A DNA stretch of 64,000 bases from an archaeon (GCA_043810775.1 JBDRNU010000025.1:48417-112416); one strand, 5' to 3'; positions 26,040 through 33,713 are shown, counted from the first letter of the stretch. Numbers and translations are program-made. Notes: generated from the letters alone by a model not told the origin.

Positions 26040-29000
26040 TTATTTAGCTTTCTTTTTAGATAGGACTTTTACTACACCAATATCTGCATCTACTTCCACA
26101 ACTTCTCCTTCACCCAAAATATCTGTTGCATTTACTGTTCCTACTATTGTTGGTTTTTTTAGTTTCTCAGCAACAATTGCAGCATGACAGCTTCTTACTA
26201 TTCCTTCATCAGCGTCAACTTCAACTCTTTTTCCTTCTTGCAAAAATTCTGTTGCTATTTTAGTGCCTATTATTGTAGGTTTTTTAAGCTCACGGGCTAC
26301 TATAGCTGCATGGCAGGTAATTCCCCCTTCATCTGTTACAATTCCTCCTGCCAGTTTCATGGCTGGTACGTATCTTGGATCAGTCATACTTGTAACTAGA
26401 ATATCTCCTTTTTCAATTTTTTTTGCATCTTCTATTTTTCTTATAATTCTGACTCTTCCTATAGCTTTTCCTTTATATGCTGAGACGCCTTTAATTTCTT
26501 GGTTTTCTTTTTTTTCATTAAGTTCATCCCATAAAGATTCTTTGTAAAATATTTCTTGACCTTTCGAGGTATATTTTATGATGCAAAATTTTTTTCTTTT
26601 TTCAATATCTGGAATTTTCTTGGTTTTAAGGAATTCTTCAAATTCATCTATTGTGAGGTATTTTAAAGAGCCTTTTTTAGTATTGTACTTTTTTTCAAGT
26701 TTTGTTAGTATTTTTTCCTCGATTATGAAACTTCTTTTATGCACATCTTCATATGCTCTTCTTATTTCTAGGGCTATATCATTAATTTCTTTTGGAATAT
26801 CTTCTCCATAGTACATTGGAACTTCATATCCTGAAAGAATAACATTTGTAAAGTCAACAAATGTTTTGTAGAGTTTTACTGCTGCTTTTTCTGGGTTTTT
26901 GTAGCTATCTTTGTAAAATTTGTTAAATTCAGTGAGTTTTTTGTCATATTGCTTTTTTATTTTTCTAAAATCCTCTAAAGTATTTCTTTGGATAAGGCTT
27001 TTACTTCTTTTTCTTCCATCTTCTTTTGATGTATAGTGGTAGAGGATGTCATCTCTCATTGTTATATAACATGGACTTGATCCTACTCCAAAAAATTCCT
27101 TATTTTCATTAAATAAACCTTTAAAGACACAAGTTGTTCCTAAAATAGAATAGTCTCTTTGATGTCTGTCATAATCAAGAGACTTGTCAAATTCTAAAAG
27201 AGTTGTTTTTTTATCATGTCTGTGCTGGCTTTTTTCTAATATTATTACTTGGGCGTGATTTGCTTTTACTTCAACTAAATCCCTGTCTTTAAGGATTTTT
27301 GTTCCAACTTTTGTGCCAATTATACAAGGTATTCCAAGTTCACGAGAGACAATTGCAGCATGGCAAGTCATTCCTCCTTCATCTGTAACTATTGCTGATG
27401 CTCGTTTCATAGCTGGAAGATATTCTGGGCGAGTCATTCCAGTTACAAGTATCTTCCCTTGTTCAAAGTTCTTAATGTCCTCTAGTGTTTTGCAGATTGA
27501 AACCTCCCCTATTGCCTGTCCTGTAGATGCACATGTTCCACTTATTGTTGTTGACTCGATAATTTTTTCTTGATCTGAAATTTTCTCATATATTTCTTTT
27601 GCTTTATCCCCGCTAAAAATTATTATATTATTTGGAAGAGAGGGATTCATAATCCATATGAACATTTCTTCTCTATTTTTGATTTCTTTCTGAAATTCTT
27701 TATCTAAAAACTTCTTGCTTTCAATTTCCCGAGGCATTAGATAATAGAGTTTTTTAACAGGAATTTTATATTTTTCTGCTATTTTGTGCAAGACTTTATC
27801 ATGCTCGCATACAGCTTTCATAATATTTTCTTTTCTTTCATCTTGCCAGAGTGTACAAAATGAGAGAAGATTAGCAAGATTTTGAGTTTTTCGATCTATA
27901 TTGTATTTTTTAATTATTTGTTTTTTTGCAACTCTTATTTTAATAAAGTGATCTTTTGGTAGCAATTTAATTGAATCTTTTTGCTCAAGTAGCTCCTTTA
28001 TTGTTAGAGGATCAGTTCCAGCATAACTGCTTTTAATCCATTCAAATTTTTCAAGGTGTTTTTCAAGAAGTTTTTTTTGCTTATTCTTATCTTTAGATTT
28101 AAATGCTTTTAATAGACTTTCATCATGGCGATTGTTAAATGATTCTTCTTCTGGCATGGTTAATACATTTAACGCTTCATTAAGCTGTTTTAAATCTTTT
28201 ATTTTTTTATCAAGCAAATGTTTTAATACATGGCTTTGAGTTAAGGAAAATGCTTCAATTACATGACCTGTTCCTACTCCATAACCAATTAGGTCAAAAG
28301 TTATCTTAAATACCTCTAACAATTCTTTCTCTGAATAATCTGTTTTAGCTTTTGATTTTAGCTTGTTGTATTGCTTTGAAAATTGGTTGCTGTAGATTAT
28401 TCTGGTTTTTTGAAAATATTTTTCATCTTTTTTTAATTTATTAAGTATAATCTCTCCAACTCTCTCTAAGTCAGATTTTATGTAAGACATGTCCCCAAAG
28501 TCTTTTTCTGACTTGAACATAAATTTCTCATAGCTATATCCTAAAGGATCCTTCATTTTATCTGTTGAGTCTACAGCTGCATTAAAGAATACTGGATATG
28601 CAGAGCCTTGTTGAGTTATTCTCTCTTCTTTTAGTATTTTTTCGATAATTTCGCTACTTGGGTTCTGGTCATTAAGTATTTTTACTATACCTTTATCTGC
28701 ATCCACTTCGACTTCCTGGCCGTCTTTAAGTACCTTTGTAGCTATATTAGTGCCAATTATACAGGGTTTTTTTAGCTCACGAGAAATAATAGCTGCATGA
28801 CATAAAATTCCCCCCATATCTGTTATAATAGCAGCTGCTTTTTTCATCAATGGAACATAATTTGGATCTGTCATACTACACACAAGAATCTCCCCTTCTT
28901 TAAATTTTAAAAAGTCATGACTTCCAAGCACTATTTTAATATTTCCTTTAACAACTCCTTTATAGGTTGGTGTGCCTGTGAAATCTTTTGTTTCTTTTAG

Positions 29001-31043
29001 TATGGTATCAAGATAATCCTTTTTTAGCTTGTCTAAATCTTTTTTGCATAATAAATAGTTATTATTTATAGAAATCATAGCCACATCATTTCCTAGACAA
29101 GAATCTTCTAAAGTGAGTTTCTTTCTTTCCAATAACTTATAAAATTGATCAAGTGGCAGAGATAACAATTTTTCGTAAGATATTTTATTCGCTGATGCAA
29201 TTTTTTTAAAAACAGGTTTTAAATTGTATACTGCTTTGTTAGTCACTTCATTATTAAGAATTCTTCCTACTGAAAAGATGTTTAGGATTTTAATTAATTC
29301 ATTTAATTTTTTATCTTTAAAATTATGTTTTTCAAATCCTCTTTTTTCATTATCTGCTCTCTTAATCTGTTCTAGAATATCTTGTTTAGTGTAACCTTCT
29401 CCAGATAGAAAGTATTGGTTTAAATAACTGTATTCTTCAATCACTTTATCTATATCTTTTGAACTAAATTTTCCTTTTTCTCTTAATCTTGCTATTTCAG
29501 TCTCAAGTTTAAATGCATCTGATTCTTCATCTTTATCTAATAATTCTGGCACTGTAATTTGTTTTATTTTTAGTTCATCAAATCTTTTCAATATTGATTC
29601 TTCAAGATAATTACTCATATCCCTTAATATTTCAAATACAACAAGAATTGTTAATACTTTCTCTAGGATATTTGATACTGATTTTTCATTATAGTTTTTC
29701 TTTTTAGATATTTCCCCTATTTCTTTCTCAAGTTCTTTTCTGAATTTCTCTTGATTTTTATTAAAATTATAAATAAAACTAAAGTCTCCTGAATCTATTC
29801 TTCCAACTACTTTTTTTTCAATTATTTCAAGTTCTTTTTCTGCGACGTAAACATCATAACCTGCTGATAAATATTTAATAGGAGGAATATCTTGAATTCC
29901 ATATTTTTTTAAATAAAATCTAGATTGTGAACTATTGAATATATCAAACATTAATCTTGGAACTCTCCAACTACCTACTTTTTTCCAATTATCTTTTTTG
30001 TATTTATCAATAAATTCTTTGTATGAAATTTGTTCACTTTCTTTAAATGGAGTTTCAGAATAAGTCACTTCATCTTTTTTTTTAGGCTCTTCCTCTTCTA
30101 AGGAAGTTAGAGTAGTAATTGGGCGAGATTGAGTTATGTATAGCTTACCTTTTTCCATTGCCCATTCAACATCTACTGGGAATCCATAATGGTTTTCTAT
30201 CTTAGCTATTAGTTTTGAAAGTTCAATTATTTCTTTATCTGTTAAAATCTGTTTGTTTCCTTCTTCTCCTAGCTCTCGCCACTCATTTCCCCCACCCTTT
30301 ACTCTGAATAAACCTCTTGATTGTTCTGAGATATTTTTATCAATAATATGCCAGTCCTGCTTGTCTATAACATAGCTATCTGGAGTTATCTGGCCTGAGA
30401 CTATTGCTTCTCCTAAGCCTAGACCTGCTTCAATTATTAGCTGGTTTCTGTCTTGAGTTACAGGATGAACTGAGAATGCTATTCCAGATTCTTCACTAGC
30501 AACCATTTTTTGAACTACTACTGCTACTGATATTTTTTGATTGTGGAGTTTTTGCTCAAATCTATAGAATATTGCTCTTGGAGTGAAAAGTGAGGCCCAG
30601 CATTTTTTTACGTTTTCAAGCAAGCTGGATTTTGTAGTGTTTAGATAAGATTCAAGCTGGCCTGCCCAGGCTGCTGAAGCTGAATCTTCTGCAGTTGCGC
30701 TGGAACGGACTGCTACATATTCTGCACCTAGTTTTTTAAATTCTACTAGAATCTCGGTTTCAATATCTTTAGGCATTTCTGCATTAAGAATTAGAGCTTT
30801 TATTGTTTCTGAAGCTTCTTCTGATGTATGCACTTCTTCTGTATTGACAGTGTCCATGGCTGCGTCAATTTCTGTTATGAGATCCGCTTCTTCAATGAAT
30901 TTTTCAAAAGCATCTGATAATATAACAAATCCTTCTGGAACAGGAATTCCTGCCTGAGTCATTTCACCTAAACTAGCTCCCTTACCACCAGCTATATTTG
31001 CATCATTTTTACTAATTTTGGAAAAATTGAGTGTAAATTGCAT
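26040..31043 (-). CDS. 1667-aa multi-module protein: PpsA/PPDK-type ATP-grasp nucleotide-binding domain + three (helical region + swivel) modules + one C-terminal half swivel; no PEP/pyruvate TIM barrel recognised
   Basis: N-terminus IAGGKGASLGEMTQAGIPVPEGFVI ... VEWAMEKGKLYITQSRPIT (PPDK_N-like, ~aa 1-312, nt ~30108-31043). Swivel His motifs: ITDMGGILCHAAIISRE (His ~aa 749, nt 28797-28799), VTDEGGMTCHAAIVSRE (~aa 1228, nt 27360-27362), VTDEGGITCHAAIVARE (~aa 1578, nt 26310-26312) and the truncated copy SCHAAIVAEKLKKPTIVGT (~aa 1620, nt 26184-26186). Confidence 0.9.
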   Translation of the reverse strand: MQFTLNFSKISKNDANIAGGKGASLGEMTQAGIPVPEGFVILSDAFEKFIEEADLITEIDAAMDTVNTEEVHTSEEASETIKALILNAEMPKDIETEILVEFKKLGAEYVAVRSSATAEDSASAAWAGQLESYLNTTKSSLLENVKKCWASLFTPRAIFYRFEQKLHNQKISVAVVVQKMVASEESGIAFSVHPVTQDRNQLIIEAGLGLGEAIVSGQITPDSYVIDKQDWHIIDKNISEQSRGLFRVKGGGNEWRELGEEGNKQILTDKEIIELSKLIAKIENHYGFPVDVEWAMEKGKLYITQSRPITTLTSLEEEEPKKKDEVTYSETPFKESEQISYKEFIDKYKKDNWKKVGSWRVPRLMFDIFNSSQSRFYLKKYGIQDIPPIKYLSAGYDVYVAEKELEIIEKKVVGRIDSGDFSFIYNFNKNQEKFRKELEKEIGEISKKKNYNEKSVSNILEKVLTILVVFEILRDMSNYLEESILKRFDELKIKQITVPELLDKDEESDAFKLETEIARLREKGKFSSKDIDKVIEEYSYLNQYFLSGEGYTKQDILEQIKRADNEKRGFEKHNFKDKKLNELIKILNIFSVGRILNNEVTNKAVYNLKPVFKKIASANKISYEKLLSLPLDQFYKLLERKKLTLEDSCLGNDVAMISINNNYLLCKKDLDKLKKDYLDTILKETKDFTGTPTYKGVVKGNIKIVLGSHDFLKFKEGEILVCSMTDPNYVPLMKKAAAIITDMGGILCHAAIISRELKKPCIIGTNIATKVLKDGQEVEVDADKGIVKILNDQNPSSEIIEKILKEERITQQGSAYPVFFNAAVDSTDKMKDPLGYSYEKFMFKSEKDFGDMSYIKSDLERVGEIILNKLKKDEKYFQKTRIIYSNQFSKQYNKLKSKAKTDYSEKELLEVFKITFDLIGYGVGTGHVIEAFSLTQSHVLKHLLDKKIKDLKQLNEALNVLTMPEEESFNNRHDESLLKAFKSKDKNKQKKLLEKHLEKFEWIKSSYAGTDPLTIKELLEQKDSIKLLPKDHFIKIRVAKKQIIKKYNIDRKTQNLANLLSFCTLWQDERKENIMKAVCEHDKVLHKIAEKYKIPVKKLYYLMPREIESKKFLDKEFQKEIKNREEMFIWIMNPSLPNNIIIFSGDKAKEIYEKISDQEKIIESTTISGTCASTGQAIGEVSICKTLEDIKNFEQGKILVTGMTRPEYLPAMKRASAIVTDEGGMTCHAAIVSRELGIPCIIGTKVGTKILKDRDLVEVKANHAQVIILEKSQHRHDKKTTLLEFDKSLDYDRHQRDYSILGTTCVFKGLFNENKEFFGVGSSPCYITMRDDILYHYTSKEDGRKRSKSLIQRNTLEDFRKIKKQYDKKLTEFNKFYKDSYKNPEKAAVKLYKTFVDFTNVILSGYEVPMYYGEDIPKEINDIALEIRRAYEDVHKRSFIIEEKILTKLEKKYNTKKGSLKYLTIDEFEEFLKTKKIPDIEKRKKFCIIKYTSKGQEIFYKESLWDELNEKKENQEIKGVSAYKGKAIGRVRIIRKIEDAKKIEKGDILVTSMTDPRYVPAMKLAGGIVTDEGGITCHAAIVARELKKPTIIGTKIATEFLQEGKRVEVDADEGIVRSCHAAIVAEKLKKPTIVGTVNATDILGEGEVVEVDADIGVVKVLSKKKAK

Positions 31044-31064
31044 ATAGGAATAATGAAAAAAGGC

Positions 31065-31079
31065 ATTAAATAGCTTTCG
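31065..31079 (-). promoter_or_regulatory. BRE/TATA-like element (minus-strand reading CGAAAGCTATTTAAT), ~25 nt upstream of the ATG of the 1667-aa gene
   Basis: Read directly. The spacing is consistent with a leaderless or short-leader transcript. Confidence 0.4.
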
Positions 31080-31083
31080 TTAA

Positions 31084-31098
31084 ATGAATGCTCCTGCC
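31084..31098 (-). repeat. 15-nt exact direct repeat of the tRNA-Glu 3' end plus trailer (ATGAATGCTCCTGCC; second copy at 31231-31245)
   Basis: Read directly. A T-arm-like fragment CGGGATTCGAA (31152-31162) also copies 31245-31255 of the intact tRNA. The sequence between does not fold into a tRNA. Confidence 0.7.
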
Positions 31099-31235
31099 AG
31101 CTCGCTTTCCCACTCGTTATTTAATTAATAAGATTGCCTCGTGAAAAAGCTCGGGATTCGAAACCATCACTTTCAAAATACTCTCCCCAAAACCAGTAAG
31201 GGTCATATAGGATTTCGCAAGCTTAATCCTATGAA

Positions 31236-31308
31236 TGCTCCTGCCGGGATTCGAACCCGGATTTCAAGCGCGAGAGGCTCGCGTCCTTAGCCGTTAGACT
31301 ACAGGAGC
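31236..31308 (-). tRNA. tRNA-Glu (anticodon CUC)
   Basis: Manual cloverleaf: acceptor GCTCCTG/CAGGAGC, D-arm GTCT..GGAC, anticodon stem CGAGC/GCTTG with loop CTCTCGC (U33, CUC), T-arm CCGGG-TTCGAAT-CCCGG, discriminator A. No encoded CCA. Confidence 0.85.
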
Positions 31309-31340
31309 TTTCTAAAATATAGAAAAAATGGTTTTTAAAA

Positions 31341-31595
31341 TTATGCTACTAAAAATACTTTGTCATTTGGGCGCACTTTATCAGGGACTTTTATTCCAAT
31401 GTGGTCTCCTTTTTTTGCTTTTTGCACGTCTTTTCTTTCAATTTGCATGCTGTCTACTCCAATTTCAAAGTCAGTTGTATTTCCCTTGATATGGACTTTA
31501 TCCCCTACTTTTAAGCCCGCCTTAAGCTTTATTGCAGCTACGCCTACATGACTAAAGTATGTTGAAATTTCTCCAATTTCTTTTTCTTTTGCCAT
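31341..31595 (-). CDS. Small EF-Tu domain-2-like beta-barrel protein (translation elongation factor-like protein, 84 aa)
   Basis: ISTYFSHVGVAAIKLKAGLKVGDKVHIKGNTTDFEIGVDSMQIERKDVQKAKKGDHIGIKV matches from memory the widespread stand-alone GTP_EFTU_D2-like family. Confidence 0.6.
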   Translation of the reverse strand: MAKEKEIGEISTYFSHVGVAAIKLKAGLKVGDKVHIKGNTTDFEIGVDSMQIERKDVQKAKKGDHIGIKVPDKVRPNDKVFLVA

Positions 31596-31721
31596 ATTTT
31601 ATTAAAGAATAAGGTATATTTAAGCTTAGCGTACTAAGAAGTTTATTATTTCTTTAATTTATGTTACTAAGAAGTAGTTACAATTAGGAAGGTTTATATA
31701 CTCTTAAAACTGCTAAATTTT

Positions 31722-32765
31722 ATGGTAAATATAGAGGATATAAAGGATGTTTTAAGAGGGGAATTAGGCGAAGATATAGAGATAACTGGATTTCAAAAAA
31801 TAGGAGAAGGATATCATTCAGACGGATTTAAAATTTCTACAAATAAAGGAGAATTTTTTCTTAAAAAAGTAAAATCAGAAGACCTTGGTTTTGAGCTTCC
31901 AGAAAGAAAGATTTACTCTTTATTAGTAAGTGATGGAATGCAAAAAAGAGCAAAATCTAGTCCCAAGGCTGTAGGAGTTTTTATTTCTAATAATGGAAAA
32001 ATTTCAAAGATTCCTAGAATAGACAATCAAACAGAAATTTTTCATATTCAAGAATTTGGCGGGAATGGAAAAAACTATTGGGATATTTTACAAGAAAAAA
32101 AATACAAAAAACAAATAGATAAAAAAGATATTGAAGAAATTGAAAAACTTACTGATTTTATTAGTAAAATACATTTAATAAAATACCCTTCTAATGATAA
32201 AAAAAAGCTTAATGCAGTTTATAATGACTGTTTAAGAAATACCATAATCAATCCTGAATTAACTATGGTCTTACTGCAAGATTTTCCAAATGATCATGTT
32301 GTTTTTCCTCTTGAAGCTCAGAAAAAATATCTTGCTTTAATGTATGATTTAATTACCAGATTTAAAGACAGATCAGAAAGGTTGAATGCTCTTCATGGGG
32401 ATTTTTGGGGGAGTAACTGTATTTTTAATGAGCAGGGAGAGTTATGGGTAATTGATTATTCTAGAATGCCTTGGGGAGATCCGGGAATTGATATTGGATG
32501 GTTTATTTGCCAGTATTTATGGCTTTATCATGAAACTAAGAATGATTATTTTAAAGAGTTGGGAGAATTATTTTTAAAAAAGTATGAAGAAAAAACAGAA
32601 GATAAGCAAATAAGAGAAGGAATAAGCTTAATAGTTGGTTTTCAGGGAATTGTTTATCTTTTTCCTAAATTTTATCCAGATAGAGATAAAAAAACAAGTG
32701 AAAGATTTTTGCAAAATATAATTGATATCATGAAAGAGGGGAGGTTCAAATGGAATCAAATTTAA
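31722..32765 (+). CDS. Protein-kinase-like fold phosphotransferase (APH/choline-kinase family)
   Basis: LHGDFWGSNCIFNEQGELWVIDYSRMPWGDPGIDIGWF contains the HGDxxxxN catalytic loop and the xIDxs metal-binding motif of APH-family kinases. Confidence 0.7.
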   Translation: MVNIEDIKDVLRGELGEDIEITGFQKIGEGYHSDGFKISTNKGEFFLKKVKSEDLGFELPERKIYSLLVSDGMQKRAKSSPKAVGVFISNNGKISKIPRIDNQTEIFHIQEFGGNGKNYWDILQEKKYKKQIDKKDIEEIEKLTDFISKIHLIKYPSNDKKKLNAVYNDCLRNTIINPELTMVLLQDFPNDHVVFPLEAQKKYLALMYDLITRFKDRSERLNALHGDFWGSNCIFNEQGELWVIDYSRMPWGDPGIDIGWFICQYLWLYHETKNDYFKELGELFLKKYEEKTEDKQIREGISLIVGFQGIVYLFPKFYPDRDKKTSERFLQNIIDIMKEGRFKWNQI

Positions 32766-33451
32766 AGTTAGAAGAGGCTGATGGTGTTTTAGTTAGGCAT
32801 GGGGAGGCTAAATATGAGCAGGGAATTGTAAGTAGCTTAGGATTAGCTTATGACTTGACTTTTAATGGTTCTATAAAAGTGATGTTAGAGGCATATAACT
32901 TTTATAAAAGATTAGGAGAAGCAAAAAAGCCCTTTAAAGTATTTTATTCAGATTATGGGAGGACTGCAGAAACTGCCAGAATATGGAGAGACACTGCCAG
33001 AATTGAAGGTAAAGTACCTATTGGAGAAATGTTTTCTAGAAAAGGATTAAGAGAGGTTGAGAATTTTGATTTAGCTTTGACTTTAGCTTTGGTTAATGGA
33101 GGGGAATATGTCTTAAATGGAAAGAAGGTTATGATTAATAAGGAAAAAACTAATCCTTTTGATTTAGATATTGGAGATTTTTGGATTTCTGGAGCTTATT
33201 TAAGACTTCCAGATGACTTGCCTGAAGCAATTATTGGGAAGATGAGAATTTTGGAAAGTTATGAAGCAGTTAATACTAGATTTAATAGAGAGATTCAAGA
33301 ATTAAGAGGACTATCTAAAGATTCAAGAGTTATTGTAGTAACTCATTTAGGTTTAATTGATAAATTAGCAAAAAAAGCAGGAATTTCTGAAACTTTGGGC
33401 TCTGGAGATTATTTACCATTTAAATGGGGAGAAAGGGATTTAATTGTTTAA
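32750..33451 (+). CDS. Histidine phosphatase superfamily (phosphoglycerate-mutase-like) protein
   Basis: N-terminal VLVRHGEAKYE (RHG motif) and a later VVTHLGLI (second His). Overlaps the upstream kinase-like gene by 16 nt. Confidence 0.7.
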   Translation: MESNLKLEEADGVLVRHGEAKYEQGIVSSLGLAYDLTFNGSIKVMLEAYNFYKRLGEAKKPFKVFYSDYGRTAETARIWRDTARIEGKVPIGEMFSRKGLREVENFDLALTLALVNGGEYVLNGKKVMINKEKTNPFDLDIGDFWISGAYLRLPDDLPEAIIGKMRILESYEAVNTRFNREIQELRGLSKDSRVIVVTHLGLIDKLAKKAGISETLGSGDYLPFKWGERDLIV

Positions 33452-33452
33452 G

Positions 33453-33583
33453 AATAGCCCTGCAAGGCACTCAACAATTTTCTGATAAAATTCTTGGTGA
33501 TTTTAACTCTTACGAATTAAAGTATTCGAACCTGGGAATCCAGGTTTAATGATGCCTACGGCATCATAAATAGCCCCGCCAGG
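33453..33583 (-). other. Cluster of tRNA-Gln-like 3' fragments and hairpins (not a foldable tRNA)
   Basis: AATAGCCCTGCAAGG (33453-33467). ATTCGAACCTGGG (33524-33536, a T-arm copy). 8-bp-stem hairpin ATGATGCC-tac-GGCATCAT (33549-33567). ATAAATAGCCCCGCCAGG (33566-33583) matches the tRNA-Gln 3' end at 37137-37154 in 17 of 18 positions. Confidence 0.6.
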
Positions 33584-33713
33584 GTCCTGTACCATCGTGA
33601 CCATTTCTTGGGATGTTATTTATCAATGTTTCGGCAGTATGATGTCTTGAATCTGGCTTTATTTATAAATCTTGTCGAGAAGGAGTATATGGATAGATTT
33701 ATTTCTTAGGATA

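Noticed and set aside
22478-27573. Antisense ORFs 22478..22807, 25041..25244, 26263..26547 and 27313..27573 share a conserved peptide (..QGTPSSRETIAAWQVIPPSSV..), which at first looks like a conserved overlapping gene family
   Set aside because: They are the reverse-complement reading of the conserved swivel-domain coding sequence (..TDEGGITCHAAIVSRELG.P..). The conservation is a mirror image of the sense-strand constraint. They lack promoters or RBS and always sit inside the sense domain.
31099-31230. A second tRNA gene (or a split-tRNA 3' half) between the duplicated tRNA-Glu ends
   Set aside because: I tried to build a cloverleaf on both strands. No 5' acceptor strand (GCTCCTG) exists. 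The T-arm-like piece (GGTTTCGAATCCCGAGC) has no pairing 5' stem. The segment before the acceptor-end copy cannot form a T arm.
33453-33600. An intron-containing, split or permuted tRNA-Gln assembled from the three fragments
   Set aside because: No AGCCCCG or AGCCCTG 5' acceptor strand, D arm or anticodon arm is present. The fragment order does not reconstitute a tRNA even when allowing a permuted layout. It is better explained as att-like remnants.
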